Part shown: positions 39,615 through 49,619 of the stretch, piece after piece
Layout of the letters: every line of letters starts with the position of its first letter
Numbering within the stretch: the first letter of the stretch is position 1
Source: Candidatus Latescibacterota bacterium
Lineage (GTDB): Bacteria > Latescibacterota > UBA2968
DNA length: 64,000 nucleotides
Direction: 5' to 3'
Assembly: GCA_965116885.1 (NCBI GenBank)
Contig: OZ220741.1
Span: 288,001-352,000 of the forward strand
The notes under the pieces: generated by a model
Databases searched by the model: none
Told to the model about the DNA's origin: nothing
Seen by the model: only the letters and a program-made list of their open reading frames with translations
Position numbers and translations under genes: made by a program

Positions 39615-40328
39615 CTACTCACACTTTTTTCCCACAAAAAAAGGACCCAGCGATTCGACATAAAGGGCGGTTTGCTGGGTTTTTCTCATATCCTGTACAA
39701 CGCGAGAAAGCGGATAGAGCTCCGCACCTATCAAACCAATGATAAAATCGTTATCATCGGCATCCAAACCGTAACTCGCCAGGCGAACATCGTGCGCATA
39801 ATCTTCGCGTCCATAAGCGCGTCCGATAGAAGCGTGCTCCATCAAAATTTTGCGCTGTTCTCTGTGATCGAGGCGAGCAAAAGCCCCATTGCGACGCAGC
39901 GGGTACCAGATCGCCCAGGGCCATTCGGGATTGAGCACATTATCGCGTGGTCGGTCAATAAGGGCGTATTCGAGATCTGGCTCGTAACCCGTGGCATACG
40001 TTCGCCCGAGCATGGTCAGTTCAGGACGACGTGTACAGGCAGAGAATGGATCGCCATTGAGTAACGTGCGAATATCCTCAACAAACAAATCCGGCGATTC
40101 AGCCAAAAAAACAATGCCAATACCATAGGGATCGTGCGCATCGAGATAAAGCGCGGCATCAAGATCACTTTGATCAAGTGCCTCAGATACAGCATCGACA
40201 TCCCTGACATCAGTAAAAACCTGCAACTGCATGTAAAGCCGCCGATCACTCGTTTGCGGTTTCCCATCAACAGGCGCGCCGTGTTCGAGAATATCGAGTT
40301 TTTCTTTCGATTCAGTGGGATGCTGCAC
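39615..40328 (-). CDS. Chlorite dismutase / coproheme decarboxylase (HemQ-like) family protein
   Basis: AGGAG then GTG 40328; WYPLRR, ILMEHASIG, SYGLDADDNDF, MRKTQQT, GPFFVG. Confidence 0.78.
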   Translation of the reverse strand: MQHPTESKEKLDILEHGAPVDGKPQTSDRRLYMQLQVFTDVRDVDAVSEALDQSDLDAALYLDAHDPYGIGIVFLAESPDLFVEDIRTLLNGDPFSACTRRPELTMLGRTYATGYEPDLEYALIDRPRDNVLNPEWPWAIWYPLRRNGAFARLDHREQRKILMEHASIGRAYGREDYAHDVRLASYGLDADDNDFIIGLIGAELYPLSRVVQDMRKTQQTALYVESLGPFFVGKKCE

Positions 40329-40468
40329 GTCAATACACTCCTGATTCTCAAAGGATTTAAAATCATGCGTAATTTTTTCGTCAAACGGCAGACCGGCGCG
40401 TTTGTAGCCGTGATTGAAGCCGATGGGGGTTTTAAGACAACTTCTAAACCTGTTTGAAACCATCCCAT

Positions 40469-42046
40469 CTATTCGCCTATAGACACGTCCATCATCTGAT
40501 ACACCAAATCCATACGCAAGCTGTTACGCACCCAATCGGCCAAGCGGTCATACTCCCGGTCTCGCACCACATCAACGCCGATAGGCAAAGTGACACGCTT
40601 GAGACGGGCCAACGCCTGAAGAATCGCGCGGCGCACGCCAGCGTTGTGAAACAAACCGTGAATATAAGTTCCCATGACGCGCCCCGTGGAATCCATAGCA
40701 CCATCCAAAACAGTTTGCGTCACCTGAGCGTTTACCCGGTCTATCGCAAAAATAGGCACAACGCCTTTTCCAACCGTGTGTCCCATATGAATCTCGTAGC
40801 CAGTGACCAACTCGTCGGCTACCCCAGACAACAGCCCATCGACCGCCACAGCCTCTGCCCGCACCCTGGCCTGCACGCGATGCGTCTCCTTGGAATTGGC
40901 AAAAGTAGTCACCAGGGGCAGCAGACCGAGGCCATTGACAGTATCCACAGAAGATTCAACGCCGTGTGGGTCACGGATCGTTTCGCCCAGCATCTGGTAG
41001 CCACCACAAATACCAATCACAGCCGAACCGTTCTCAAAAGCCTCAACTACGGCCCGAGACAATCCCTGTTGTGCCATCCAGAGCAGGTCGGGAATGGTCG
41101 TTTTGCTACCCGGCAAAATAACCAGATCGGGCCTACCCAAGTGGTCTCCGCACGGCACATAGCGCAAAGAAATACCCGGTTCGTGGGCCAGTGGGTCAAA
41201 ATCGTCAAAATTGGAGATATGGGGCAGTTGCACCACAGCGACATCGAGAACAGGGGCAATCTCCGAGGCAGGCCGTACCACATCCAAGGCGACAGAATCT
41301 TCCTCGGGAATGTGAATATCGCAAAAATGGGGCACAACGCCAACCACGGGTTTGCCGGTATAGCCCTCCAACCACGTCAAGCCATCGTTTAGTAAGGAAA
41401 TATCGCCGCGAAACTTGTTGATAATCAAGCCCTTGACCGCCTCGCGTTCCGCCTTATCCAGCAATTGGAGTGTACCAACCAACGAGGCAAACACGCCGCC
41501 CCGGTCAATATCGCCGCAAAGAAGCACTGGTGCATCGGCATAGAGGGCAACGCGCATATTGACAATTTCCGTGGCCTTCAGATTAATTTCAGCGGGGCTG
41601 CCCGCCCCTTCTATCACCACCGCGTCGTACTGCCGGCGCAGCGTGTCCAACGACTGTGTCACAGACTCCCACAACGTAGATTTGAGATCGTAGTAATCCC
41701 GCGCACGGGCGCGGGTAATCGGGTGCCCCATCATCACGACCTGGGCACAGTTGTCGGCCTCCGGTTTGAGCAGGACGGGATTCATTTCCACGCGAGCTTC
41801 GACACCAGCAGCCTCGGCCTGAACGACTTGGGCGCGCCCAATCTCGCCGCCATCGGCCGTAATATAGGAATTGTTGGACATATTCTGCGCCTTAAAGGGC
41901 GCCACCCGCAGACCATCTTGGCGCAAAATGCGACACAGTGCCGCCACCAGCACGCTCTTGCCCACATGAGAAGCCGTTCCTTGCACCATCAAAACGCGGC
42001 CCAGTGGCGACAACGCACGGGATAAACCAGTATCCAAATCGCTCAT
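40469..42046 (-). CDS. cobQ: Cobyric acid synthase
   Basis: MVQGTASHVGKS, PFKAQNMS, NPVLLKPE, EGAGSPAEIN, ISNFDDF, GICGGYQ, GYEIH, GTYIHG. Confidence 0.95.
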   Translation of the reverse strand: MSDLDTGLSRALSPLGRVLMVQGTASHVGKSVLVAALCRILRQDGLRVAPFKAQNMSNNSYITADGGEIGRAQVVQAEAAGVEARVEMNPVLLKPEADNCAQVVMMGHPITRARARDYYDLKSTLWESVTQSLDTLRRQYDAVVIEGAGSPAEINLKATEIVNMRVALYADAPVLLCGDIDRGGVFASLVGTLQLLDKAEREAVKGLIINKFRGDISLLNDGLTWLEGYTGKPVVGVVPHFCDIHIPEEDSVALDVVRPASEIAPVLDVAVVQLPHISNFDDFDPLAHEPGISLRYVPCGDHLGRPDLVILPGSKTTIPDLLWMAQQGLSRAVVEAFENGSAVIGICGGYQMLGETIRDPHGVESSVDTVNGLGLLPLVTTFANSKETHRVQARVRAEAVAVDGLLSGVADELVTGYEIHMGHTVGKGVVPIFAIDRVNAQVTQTVLDGAMDSTGRVMGTYIHGLFHNAGVRRAILQALARLKRVTLPIGVDVVRDREYDRLADWVRNSLRMDLVYQMMDVSIGE

Positions 42047-42167
42047 TAAAATCCAAATAAAAATTTTGTGGTTGCTTTTTCGCGCTATATTCAGCACAAA
42101 AGATAGGACTTGCACCTGAAAAGAGCAAGCCCCAGATCAGTGGATGAACGATTATCGCATCTGCGAA

Positions 42168-44369
42168 TCAAAAAAACGACAGCTTATAATGCACTTCAAT
42201 ACTCCGCCCCGTTTCGGGCATCACAGATCGAATGCGCGAAAGATGGTTGCGGTATTCCGTATCCAAAAGATTGTCCAAAGAGAGAATAATACTATGGCGG
42301 GTATGGTCGGTGTTAATGTCGCGCTGGGCATACACACCGAAAACAGCATAGCCATCCGTAGGATCTTCGAATATATCCACACGCTCCTGTCCTGCGACAA
42401 ATTCCGCAGTCCCGCCAACCGTAAGAAAGGGATGCTCATAGGTCGTACTGCCCACAAACTTGAGCGGTGGCATCTCGGGCAGAGGCAAATGCTCATCCCT
42501 ATTCTCGCCGCGCACATAACTACCGTTCAATTCCAGACTCAGACGCGTATTCAAACGCCACCCCAGATGCATCTCCAAACCCAAAAATCGCGCGGCAACA
42601 CCATCGGCAGCGTAAATCGGCAGCAGTTGGGCAAAATTGATCTCTCCGGTATTGCGCGGGGCAATATAGGTATCAAACTCGTTCCAATATCCACTCAAAA
42701 CAAAATCGATACCCGGTTGCAAATAATGAAAAAAGACCTCAAAGCCCAGACTCGTCTCGGCCTCGAGATCGATATTACCCACCTCAAAAGTGTAAGCAGC
42801 CAGATGCGGTCCATCGTTATAAAGCTCTTCAATCGTAGGCTCCCGCTGGGATCGGCTGAAATTGAAACCGCCAGTTAGCTGATCGGTAATGTTCACAAGC
42901 GGACTAATTGCCGCAGACCAGGCGTGAAAGGTGCGATCTACATCGAGATCTGCAATACTCTTTGTTCTTGGGCGCGGATCAAAGTCGGCATACGTATAAC
43001 GCGCAGAAGCCTGAAATTCGATATGCCGATAGCTAAACTCGTGATAAAAACCAAGGTAAGCATTTAGCTCTCGCGTGGGCGGCGTAAAAACAAACGCCCC
43101 CAATTTGAGATGGTGGTGACCAAAGCCGAAGGCGAAAACGGTATTTCGCGTCTGGCCCTGTGTGTTCATAAACAATTTGAGATCACCGCTATAGTCGTGG
43201 AACAAAAACTCGGCCCCAATATTGCCACTTGATTCATACTCGAAGTGGTGGTAGTGAGTCCTGGTAAAATCCATCTCTACGCTACTGAACACCTGGTGAT
43301 CAAAATGGAAGGCCGCCCTGCCATCAAATATCCGGCGATCAATATCCAGATCCACGCCATTGGGATGCCCGCCAATAAATCCACCGGGAATGCCATATTG
43401 GGTATCGAACTGGTCAAAAGAAGCACCAATATATCCCCGGTCAGTCGGATATGACAGACCGAGCGTATGCGTGCGCGTGTCAATAGGCGTGTTGGCGAGC
43501 CTGCCAATGGGGGTTTGCACATCCCGGGTATTGCGGTACGTAGTCTCGGCATACAGCGCGAGTGGCCCCACGGGCACGGTAATACCAGCGGCAGAGAGAT
43601 ACCCGCGATTGACCGTCTCGCCATAAACACCAACACTGCCAGAAACGCGCTGCGGATAGTCTTCCGGAATCTTCTTTTTCACGACATTGATAACCCCGCC
43701 AATAGCCGATGCCGTGTGAAGCAAGGTGCGTGGACCCCGGATAATTTCGAGGCGTTCTGAATTAAAAGGCTCGAGCGTAACCGCGTGATCAGCAGAAGTC
43801 GCGGATAAATCCCGAGCCTCGATACCATCTATATTGATCTGTACGCGGTCGCCACTCAGGCCACGTATAACCGGACGAGCAGGTGCAGGCCCCATGCTGC
43901 GGATAGCGACGCCGATTTCGTTTTTTATCGTCTCGGCAAGCGTGAGACTGTACTTCTTCTGAAGCTCATCTCCCGAAAGCACGCCCGTCGCTTCGTGCAA
44001 TGCTTCAAAATGAGTTTCCGCACTTTTCTCTACCACGTCAATGGTATCAATCTGGATTTCCCGGGCAACCATTTCGATGTACAGAATGGGCAATTTCTCA
44101 CCTGAGACCCTTACTTCCCGACGCGCTATCCGATAGCCGAGACGAAAAAAAGACAGGCGATGAACGCCCTGCGACAGACGCAAGACAAAACGGCCCCGAT
44201 CATCGGTTGTCGTGCTCGTTGCGCCATCATCGAGTTTGATATCGACATTGTCAATTGCGCGTTGGGTCTTGTGATCAAAAACATATCCCTCGAGCAAACG
44301 CGTCTCATCCGACGCGCTGACCGCAAAAAAAAAGAACACAACAAACAGAATAGAAGCCGTGAATTTCAA
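42168..44369 (-). CDS. TonB-dependent receptor (ZnuD-like), copy 1
   Basis: Signal peptide, N-terminal extension, plug RPVIRGL/DHAV/EIIRGP, ELYNDGPHLA, NLLD..YRNHLS, C-terminal Phe; TTG start. Confidence 0.9.
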   Translation of the reverse strand: MKFTASILFVVFFFFAVSASDETRLLEGYVFDHKTQRAIDNVDIKLDDGATSTTTDDRGRFVLRLSQGVHRLSFFRLGYRIARREVRVSGEKLPILYIEMVAREIQIDTIDVVEKSAETHFEALHEATGVLSGDELQKKYSLTLAETIKNEIGVAIRSMGPAPARPVIRGLSGDRVQINIDGIEARDLSATSADHAVTLEPFNSERLEIIRGPRTLLHTASAIGGVINVVKKKIPEDYPQRVSGSVGVYGETVNRGYLSAAGITVPVGPLALYAETTYRNTRDVQTPIGRLANTPIDTRTHTLGLSYPTDRGYIGASFDQFDTQYGIPGGFIGGHPNGVDLDIDRRIFDGRAAFHFDHQVFSSVEMDFTRTHYHHFEYESSGNIGAEFLFHDYSGDLKLFMNTQGQTRNTVFAFGFGHHHLKLGAFVFTPPTRELNAYLGFYHEFSYRHIEFQASARYTYADFDPRPRTKSIADLDVDRTFHAWSAAISPLVNITDQLTGGFNFSRSQREPTIEELYNDGPHLAAYTFEVGNIDLEAETSLGFEVFFHYLQPGIDFVLSGYWNEFDTYIAPRNTGEINFAQLLPIYAADGVAARFLGLEMHLGWRLNTRLSLELNGSYVRGENRDEHLPLPEMPPLKFVGSTTYEHPFLTVGGTAEFVAGQERVDIFEDPTDGYAVFGVYAQRDINTDHTRHSIILSLDNLLDTEYRNHLSRIRSVMPETGRSIEVHYKLSFF

Positions 44370-44437
44370 AATGAATCTCCAACAAACAAAAAGCCCTCAC
44401 CCGGTCTTTCAAAAACAGGGTGAGGGCAAAGCAATTA

Positions 44438-44926
44438 CTACTCTCCGACATGCACGGGAATGGGAATGGTGCGAAAATCCACATGATCGTCGTGCGTGAC
44501 CTGGAGCTCAATCGTAGTCTCGCCTACCTTGAGACCCCGCAGGTGAAAATCAAACTTGCCAACATCGTCGGCATCCTGAACAACTTCCAAAACCGTGGGA
44601 TCGGCAATCGCCCAGGTAAATTTGAAATCCGGATCATCTGGCGGGTCAATCTCGTCGCCATGGTCATCCAGAAAACGAATACTCCAGTGCGACGTTTCCT
44701 CATTGAGGGGTGCGTCGAGATGATCTTTCCGACCACCGCTGGCATCAATCTGCCCTTGAAAATAGCGGAAAAAACGATTGCCCGAATCTATGATAACCAG
44801 ACCCTCGGGTTCGAAATGCTCTTCCTGGTGAGACATGGGATCGTCACTACCACAACCGATCACAAAGAAAGTTAGAACTGCCACAGCGGCAAAGGTGCGT
44901 TGAAACGAGTTTCTTCTAAAAAACAT
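44438..44926 (-). CDS. Acidic/His lipoprotein with an Ig-like end, copy 1
   Basis: AGGAG RBS; lipobox VIGC; HQEEHFEPEG, HDDHVDF. Confidence 0.75.
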   Translation of the reverse strand: MFFRRNSFQRTFAAVAVLTFFVIGCGSDDPMSHQEEHFEPEGLVIIDSGNRFFRYFQGQIDASGGRKDHLDAPLNEETSHWSIRFLDDHGDEIDPPDDPDFKFTWAIADPTVLEVVQDADDVGKFDFHLRGLKVGETTIELQVTHDDHVDFRTIPIPVHVGE

Positions 44927-45047
44927 GATAGTCTCCTGAATAAGCCCGCACGGGCAGAGAACACAGAGAGAGGTCCTCTTATGCCCGCACAAAAAAGCAC
45001 AAAGATATAAAAAATAATGCAAACTTTAGTATTAAGATATTCAGTAT

Positions 45048-45326
45048 TCAGAAACCTACTGGGGGGGATCGGCCCTGAGGCGAAAGGAAAAACTGGTGGG
45101 ATAAAAATGTGAGATGCAGCAGAATAGCAAAACAACAGGCGTATAATACACCAAAAACGACTATGGCACTGATAAGACCACTAAAGCTATAAACCCAATG
45201 GCAAACGAGGCAATGGATGTCATGTTCAACATGCTCAACCACATGCCCAAAGGCAAGGGCAAACGCGCCGATGAACAATATGGCGATCAGCCTTTTAACG
45301 AGCGGGGATCTGAGGTAGAGATTCAT
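45048..45326 (-). CDS. DUF2946-like leader protein, copy 1
   Basis: TM, HVVEHVEHDIHCLVCH, C-terminal GRSPP. Confidence 0.65.
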   Translation of the reverse strand: MNLYLRSPLVKRLIAILFIGAFALAFGHVVEHVEHDIHCLVCHWVYSFSGLISAIVVFGVLYACCFAILLHLTFLSHQFFLSPQGRSPPVGF

Positions 45327-45426
45327 TATATAGGGTCATCTCGAACAAACATTTTCTGCTACAAGTGGCGTTGATCTTTTTTTGCCTCTTAAGTTCAAAG
45401 ATAGATATTGACCTCAAAAAGAGCAA

Positions 45427-45454
45427 GCCCCAGATCAGTCTGCTGGTCTGGGGC
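45427..45454 (-). terminator. Hairpin after TonB receptor copy 2
   Basis: GCCCCAGATCAG-TCTG-CTGGTCTGGGGC, followed by TTGCTCTTTTT on the minus strand. Confidence 0.6.
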
Positions 45455-45486
45455 ATAGTGAAATGTCAGCATATCTGACCGCTAAA

Positions 45487-47688
45487 TTAAAAGAAAAACA
45501 TCTTGTAATGCACTTTAATGCTCCGCCCCGTTTCGGGCATCACGGATCGAATGCGCGAGAGATGGTTGCGGTATTCCGTATCCAAAAGGTTGTCCAAAGA
45601 AAGAATAATACTATGGCGGGTATGATTGGTGTTAATATCGCGCTGTGCATACACACCAAAAACAGCATAGCCATCCGTAGAATCTTCGAATATATCCACA
45701 CGCTCCTGTCCTGCGACAAATTCCGCAGTCCCACCAACCGTAAGAAAGGGATGCTCATAGGTCGTACTGCCCACAAACTTGAGCGGTGGCATCTCGGGCA
45801 AGGGCAAATGCTCATCCCTATTCTCGCCGCGCACATAACTACCGTTCAATTCCAGACTCAGACGCGTATTCAAACGCCATCCCAGATGCATCTCCAGACC
45901 CAAAAATCGCGCGGCAACACCATCGGCAGCGTAAATCGGCAGCAGTTGGGCAAAATTGATCTCTCCGGTATTGCGCGGAGCAATATAGGTATCGAACTCG
46001 TTCCAATATCCGCTCAAAACAAAATCGAAACCCGGTTGCAGATAGTGAAAAAAGACCTCGAAGCCCAGACTCGTTTCGGCCTCGAGATCGATATTACCCA
46101 CCTCAAAAGTGTAAGCAGCCAGATGCGGTCCATCGTTATAAAGCTCTTCAATCGTAGGCTCCCGCTGGGATCGGCTGAAATTGAAACCGCCAGTTAGCTG
46201 ATCGGTAATGTTCACAAGCGGACTAATTGCCGCAGACCAGGCGTGAAAGGTGCGACCTACACGGAGAGCCGCCAGACTCCTTGTCGTCGGACGCGGATCA
46301 AAGTCGGCATACGTATAACGCGCAGCAGCCTGAAATTCGATATCGCGATAAATAAATTCGTGGTAGAGACCTAATGAAGCGCATTGCTCTCGCGTGGGCG
46401 GCGTAAAAACAAACCCCCCCAATTTGAGGTTATGATGGCCAAAGCCCAGGGACAGAACGGTATTTCGCGTCTGACCCTGTGTGTTCATAAGCAACTTGAG
46501 ATCTCCGCGGTAGTCGTGGAACAAAAACTCGGACCCAATACTGCCACTGGATTCGTACTCAAAGTGGTGATAGAAGGTCCTGGTAAAATCCATTTCTACA
46601 CTACTGAACACCTGGTGATCAAAATGGAAGGCCGCCCTGCCATCAAATATCCGGCGATCAATATCCAGATCCACGCCATTGGGATGCCCGCCAATAAATC
46701 CGCCTGGAATGCCATATTGGGTATCGAACTGGTCAAAAGAAGCACCAATATATCCCCGGTCAGTCGGATATGACAGACCGAGCGTATGCGTGCGCGTATC
46801 AATAGGGGTATTGACAAGCCTGCCAATGGGGGTTTGCACATCCCGGGTATTGCGGTACGTAGTCTCGGCATACAGCGCGAGTGGCCCCACGGGCACGGTA
46901 ATACCAGCGGCAGAGAGATACCCGCGATTAACTGTCTCTCCATAAGCACCAACACTGCCAGAAACGCGCTGCGGATGGTCTTCCGGTATCTTCTGTTTCA
47001 CCACATTGATAACCCCGCCAATAGCCGATGCCGTGTGAAGCAGTATGCGCGGACCCCGGATAATTTCGAGGCGTTCTGAATTAAAAGGCTCAAGCGTAAC
47101 CGCGTGATCAGCAGAAGTCGCGGATAAATCCCGAGTCTCCATACCATCTATATTGATCTGCACGCGGTCACCACTCAGGCCGCGTATAACTGGTCGAGCG
47201 GGTGCGGGTCCCATGCTGCGGATAGCGACACCGATTTCGTTTTTCATCGTCTCTGCAAGCGTGAGACTATACTTCTTCTGAAGTTCATCTCCAGAAAGCA
47301 CGCCAGTCGCTTCGTACAATTCTTCAAAGCGCGTCTCTGCACTTTGGGCGACCACCTCAATGGTATCCGCAACAATTTCCCGGGCAACCATTTCGACGTA
47401 CAGAATGGGCAATTTCTCATCCGAAACCCTTATTTCCCGACTCACCAATCCATACCCGAGACGAAAAAAAGACAGGCGATGAACGCCCTCCGATAGACGC
47501 AAGACAAAACGGCCCCGATCATCGGTTGTCGTGCTCGTTGCGCCATCATCGAGTATGATATCGACATTGTCAATTGTGCGTTGAGTTTTGCGATCAAAAA
47601 CATATCCCTCGAGCAAACGCGTCTCATCCGACGCGTTGATCGCGGAAAAGCAGACCACAAAAACGAGAATGAAGGCTGTAAATCTCAA
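45487..47688 (-). CDS. TonB-dependent receptor (ZnuD-like), copy 2
   Basis: Paralog of 42168-44369; GGAGG then TTG 47688. Confidence 0.9.
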   Translation of the reverse strand: MRFTAFILVFVVCFSAINASDETRLLEGYVFDRKTQRTIDNVDIILDDGATSTTTDDRGRFVLRLSEGVHRLSFFRLGYGLVSREIRVSDEKLPILYVEMVAREIVADTIEVVAQSAETRFEELYEATGVLSGDELQKKYSLTLAETMKNEIGVAIRSMGPAPARPVIRGLSGDRVQINIDGMETRDLSATSADHAVTLEPFNSERLEIIRGPRILLHTASAIGGVINVVKQKIPEDHPQRVSGSVGAYGETVNRGYLSAAGITVPVGPLALYAETTYRNTRDVQTPIGRLVNTPIDTRTHTLGLSYPTDRGYIGASFDQFDTQYGIPGGFIGGHPNGVDLDIDRRIFDGRAAFHFDHQVFSSVEMDFTRTFYHHFEYESSGSIGSEFLFHDYRGDLKLLMNTQGQTRNTVLSLGFGHHNLKLGGFVFTPPTREQCASLGLYHEFIYRDIEFQAAARYTYADFDPRPTTRSLAALRVGRTFHAWSAAISPLVNITDQLTGGFNFSRSQREPTIEELYNDGPHLAAYTFEVGNIDLEAETSLGFEVFFHYLQPGFDFVLSGYWNEFDTYIAPRNTGEINFAQLLPIYAADGVAARFLGLEMHLGWRLNTRLSLELNGSYVRGENRDEHLPLPEMPPLKFVGSTTYEHPFLTVGGTAEFVAGQERVDIFEDSTDGYAVFGVYAQRDINTNHTRHSIILSLDNLLDTEYRNHLSRIRSVMPETGRSIKVHYKMFFF

Positions 47689-47752
47689 AACATACCTCCT
47701 ATAAAAAACCCTCACCCTGAGTCTGAAAGACCGGATGAGGGCAAAGCAATTA

Positions 47753-48241
47753 CTACTCTCCGACATGCACGGGAATGGGAATGGTGCGAAAATCTACATG
47801 ATCGTCGTGCGTGACCTGGAGCTCAATCGTAGTCTCGCCTACCTTGAGACCCCGCAGATGAAAATCAAACTTGCCAACATCGTCGGCATCCTGAACAACT
47901 TCCAAAACCGTAGGATCGGCAATCGCCCAGGTAAATTTGAAATCCGGATCATCTGGCGGGTCAATCTCGTCGCCATGGTCATCCAGAAAACGGATGCTCC
48001 AGTGCGACGTTTCCTCATTGAGGGGAGCGTCGAGATGATCTTTCCGACCACCGCTGGCATCAATCTGCCCTTGAAAATAGCGAAAAAAACGATTGCCCGA
48101 ATCTATGATAACCAGACCCTCGGGTTCGAAATGCTCTTCCTGGTGAGACATGGGATCGTCACTACCACAACCGATCACAAAGAAAGTTAGAACTGCCACA
48201 GCAGCAAAGGTGCGTTGAAACGAGTTTCTTGCAAAAAACAT
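47753..48241 (-). CDS. Acidic/His lipoprotein, copy 2
   Basis: Protein differs from copy 1 only at residue 4 (R/A). Confidence 0.75.
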   Translation of the reverse strand: MFFARNSFQRTFAAVAVLTFFVIGCGSDDPMSHQEEHFEPEGLVIIDSGNRFFRYFQGQIDASGGRKDHLDAPLNEETSHWSIRFLDDHGDEIDPPDDPDFKFTWAIADPTVLEVVQDADDVGKFDFHLRGLKVGETTIELQVTHDDHVDFRTIPIPVHVGE

Positions 48242-48362
48242 GATAGTCTCCTGAATAAGCCCGCACGGGCAGAGAACACAGAGAGAGGTCCTCTTATGCC
48301 CGCACAAAAAGGCACAAAGATATAAAAAATAATGCAAACTTTAGTATTAAGATATTCAGTAT

Positions 48363-48650
48363 TCAGGAGACTACTGGAGGGGATCGGCTCTGAGGTGAAA
48401 GGGAAAACTGGTGGGATAAAAATGTGGGATGCGGCAGAGCGAAAAAATAACAGGCGTATAATGCACCAAAAACGACTATGACACTGATAAGACCACAAAA
48501 GCTATAAACCCAATGGCAAACGAAGCAATGGGTGTCATGTTCACCGTGTTCATCATGTTCAACCGCATGCCCAAAGGCAAGGGCAAACGCGCCGACGAGC
48601 AATATGACGATCAGCGTCTTAACGAGCGGGTGTCTGGTGTAGAGATTCAT
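48363..48650 (-). CDS. DUF2946-like leader protein, copy 2
   Basis: HAVEHDEHGEHDTHCFVCH, C-terminal SRSPP. Confidence 0.65.
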   Translation of the reverse strand: MNLYTRHPLVKTLIVILLVGAFALAFGHAVEHDEHGEHDTHCFVCHWVYSFCGLISVIVVFGALYACYFFALPHPTFLSHQFSLSPQSRSPPVVS

Positions 48651-48703
48651 TTTTAATACTATATGGGACTACCTCGAGCAAAAGTAGTTGTCTATCAGTG
48701 CGT

Positions 48704-49168
48704 CTATTTGTCCCCTGCGGAATGCGCTCGCAATTGTCTAATCGATTGCAAGCGCAAAAGCAATTTTTCGAGATTTGATTTTAGCTCTTTTTGGATCTCG
48801 ACCATTTGCTCGGGCGTCACCTGTAGATTCTCTTTTTCGCCATGGTGTTCATGGCCGTGATCATGACCGTGATCATGGGCCTCTTCCGAGTCATCTCCCG
48901 GCACTTCAACCACGTTTTTTTCCCACAATTCAAAGTCTTTTTCGATAACCTGAAGACTATCGCGTATTTCCACAGCATGATGTGAAAGTGACTTCAAGCT
49001 ATCCAGTTGATTCTCAAATTGCTTTTCAATTTCCATCATCGCCTTGTGAATATCCGTCGCCTGTTGCAAGTGGTGTGCATCTTCTTTATTTTCTCCCTGG
49101 CAAGAAACAAAGAACGCAAACACTATAACACTTATCACTTTGAGTCGCATTGGATTTTGTCTCTCCAT
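48704..49168 (-). CDS. His-rich lipoprotein
   Basis: Lipobox FVSC; WEKNVVEVPG then HDHGHDHGHEHH. Confidence 0.75.
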   Translation of the reverse strand: MERQNPMRLKVISVIVFAFFVSCQGENKEDAHHLQQATDIHKAMMEIEKQFENQLDSLKSLSHHAVEIRDSLQVIEKDFELWEKNVVEVPGDDSEEAHDHGHDHGHEHHGEKENLQVTPEQMVEIQKELKSNLEKLLLRLQSIRQLRAHSAGDK

Positions 49169-49196
49169 ATTTTACGTCTCCTTTCGCGTGTTTATC

Positions 49197-49595
49197 CTAT
49201 TTTTCACAATCATCTTTGCGACATAAATGATGATTCCGAATATGGCCTGAGATCAAAAATCCCGACCCAAAAACGGTCCCCACCCGTTCCCCTATCTCCC
49301 CAAAAAGATCATGGCCAACCATAACCATTACGACGAGAAGGGACAGCCCGAGGATACCGAAACCAATGACAAATTGATCTTTATGACGGCGACACCCCAA
49401 TCCAAGAGCAAGAATGCTGGTAGGCAGAATCAGCCACATCAAAAGCCCATGAAAATGTTCACCGCCAACAAATGTAGTTGCCAACAACGGAAACGCAATA
49501 AGTGCAACAGGCAATGTCAAACAATGGATCGCACACATTGTTGAAAGAACAATGGCGATTTTGTCACCTGCGGTTTGATAGCTCAAACGCGCCAT
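49197..49595 (-). CDS. MerC-domain membrane protein
   Basis: DKIAIVLSTMCAIHCLTLP, GCRRHK, GHIRN; four TM segments. Confidence 0.85.
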   Translation of the reverse strand: MARLSYQTAGDKIAIVLSTMCAIHCLTLPVALIAFPLLATTFVGGEHFHGLLMWLILPTSILALGLGCRRHKDQFVIGFGILGLSLLVVMVMVGHDLFGEIGERVGTVFGSGFLISGHIRNHHLCRKDDCEK

Positions 49596-49619
49596 TTATT
49601 ATCTCCTTTTCACTTATAC

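Larger units (their letters stand above)
42098..48700 (-). repeat. Tandem duplication, two ~3.3 kb units (~42098-45396 and ~45397-48700)
   Basis: Three ORF pairs offset by 3315-3319 nt with long identical stretches; flanking AAAAGAGCAAGCCCCAGATCAG present in both units. Confidence 0.95.
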
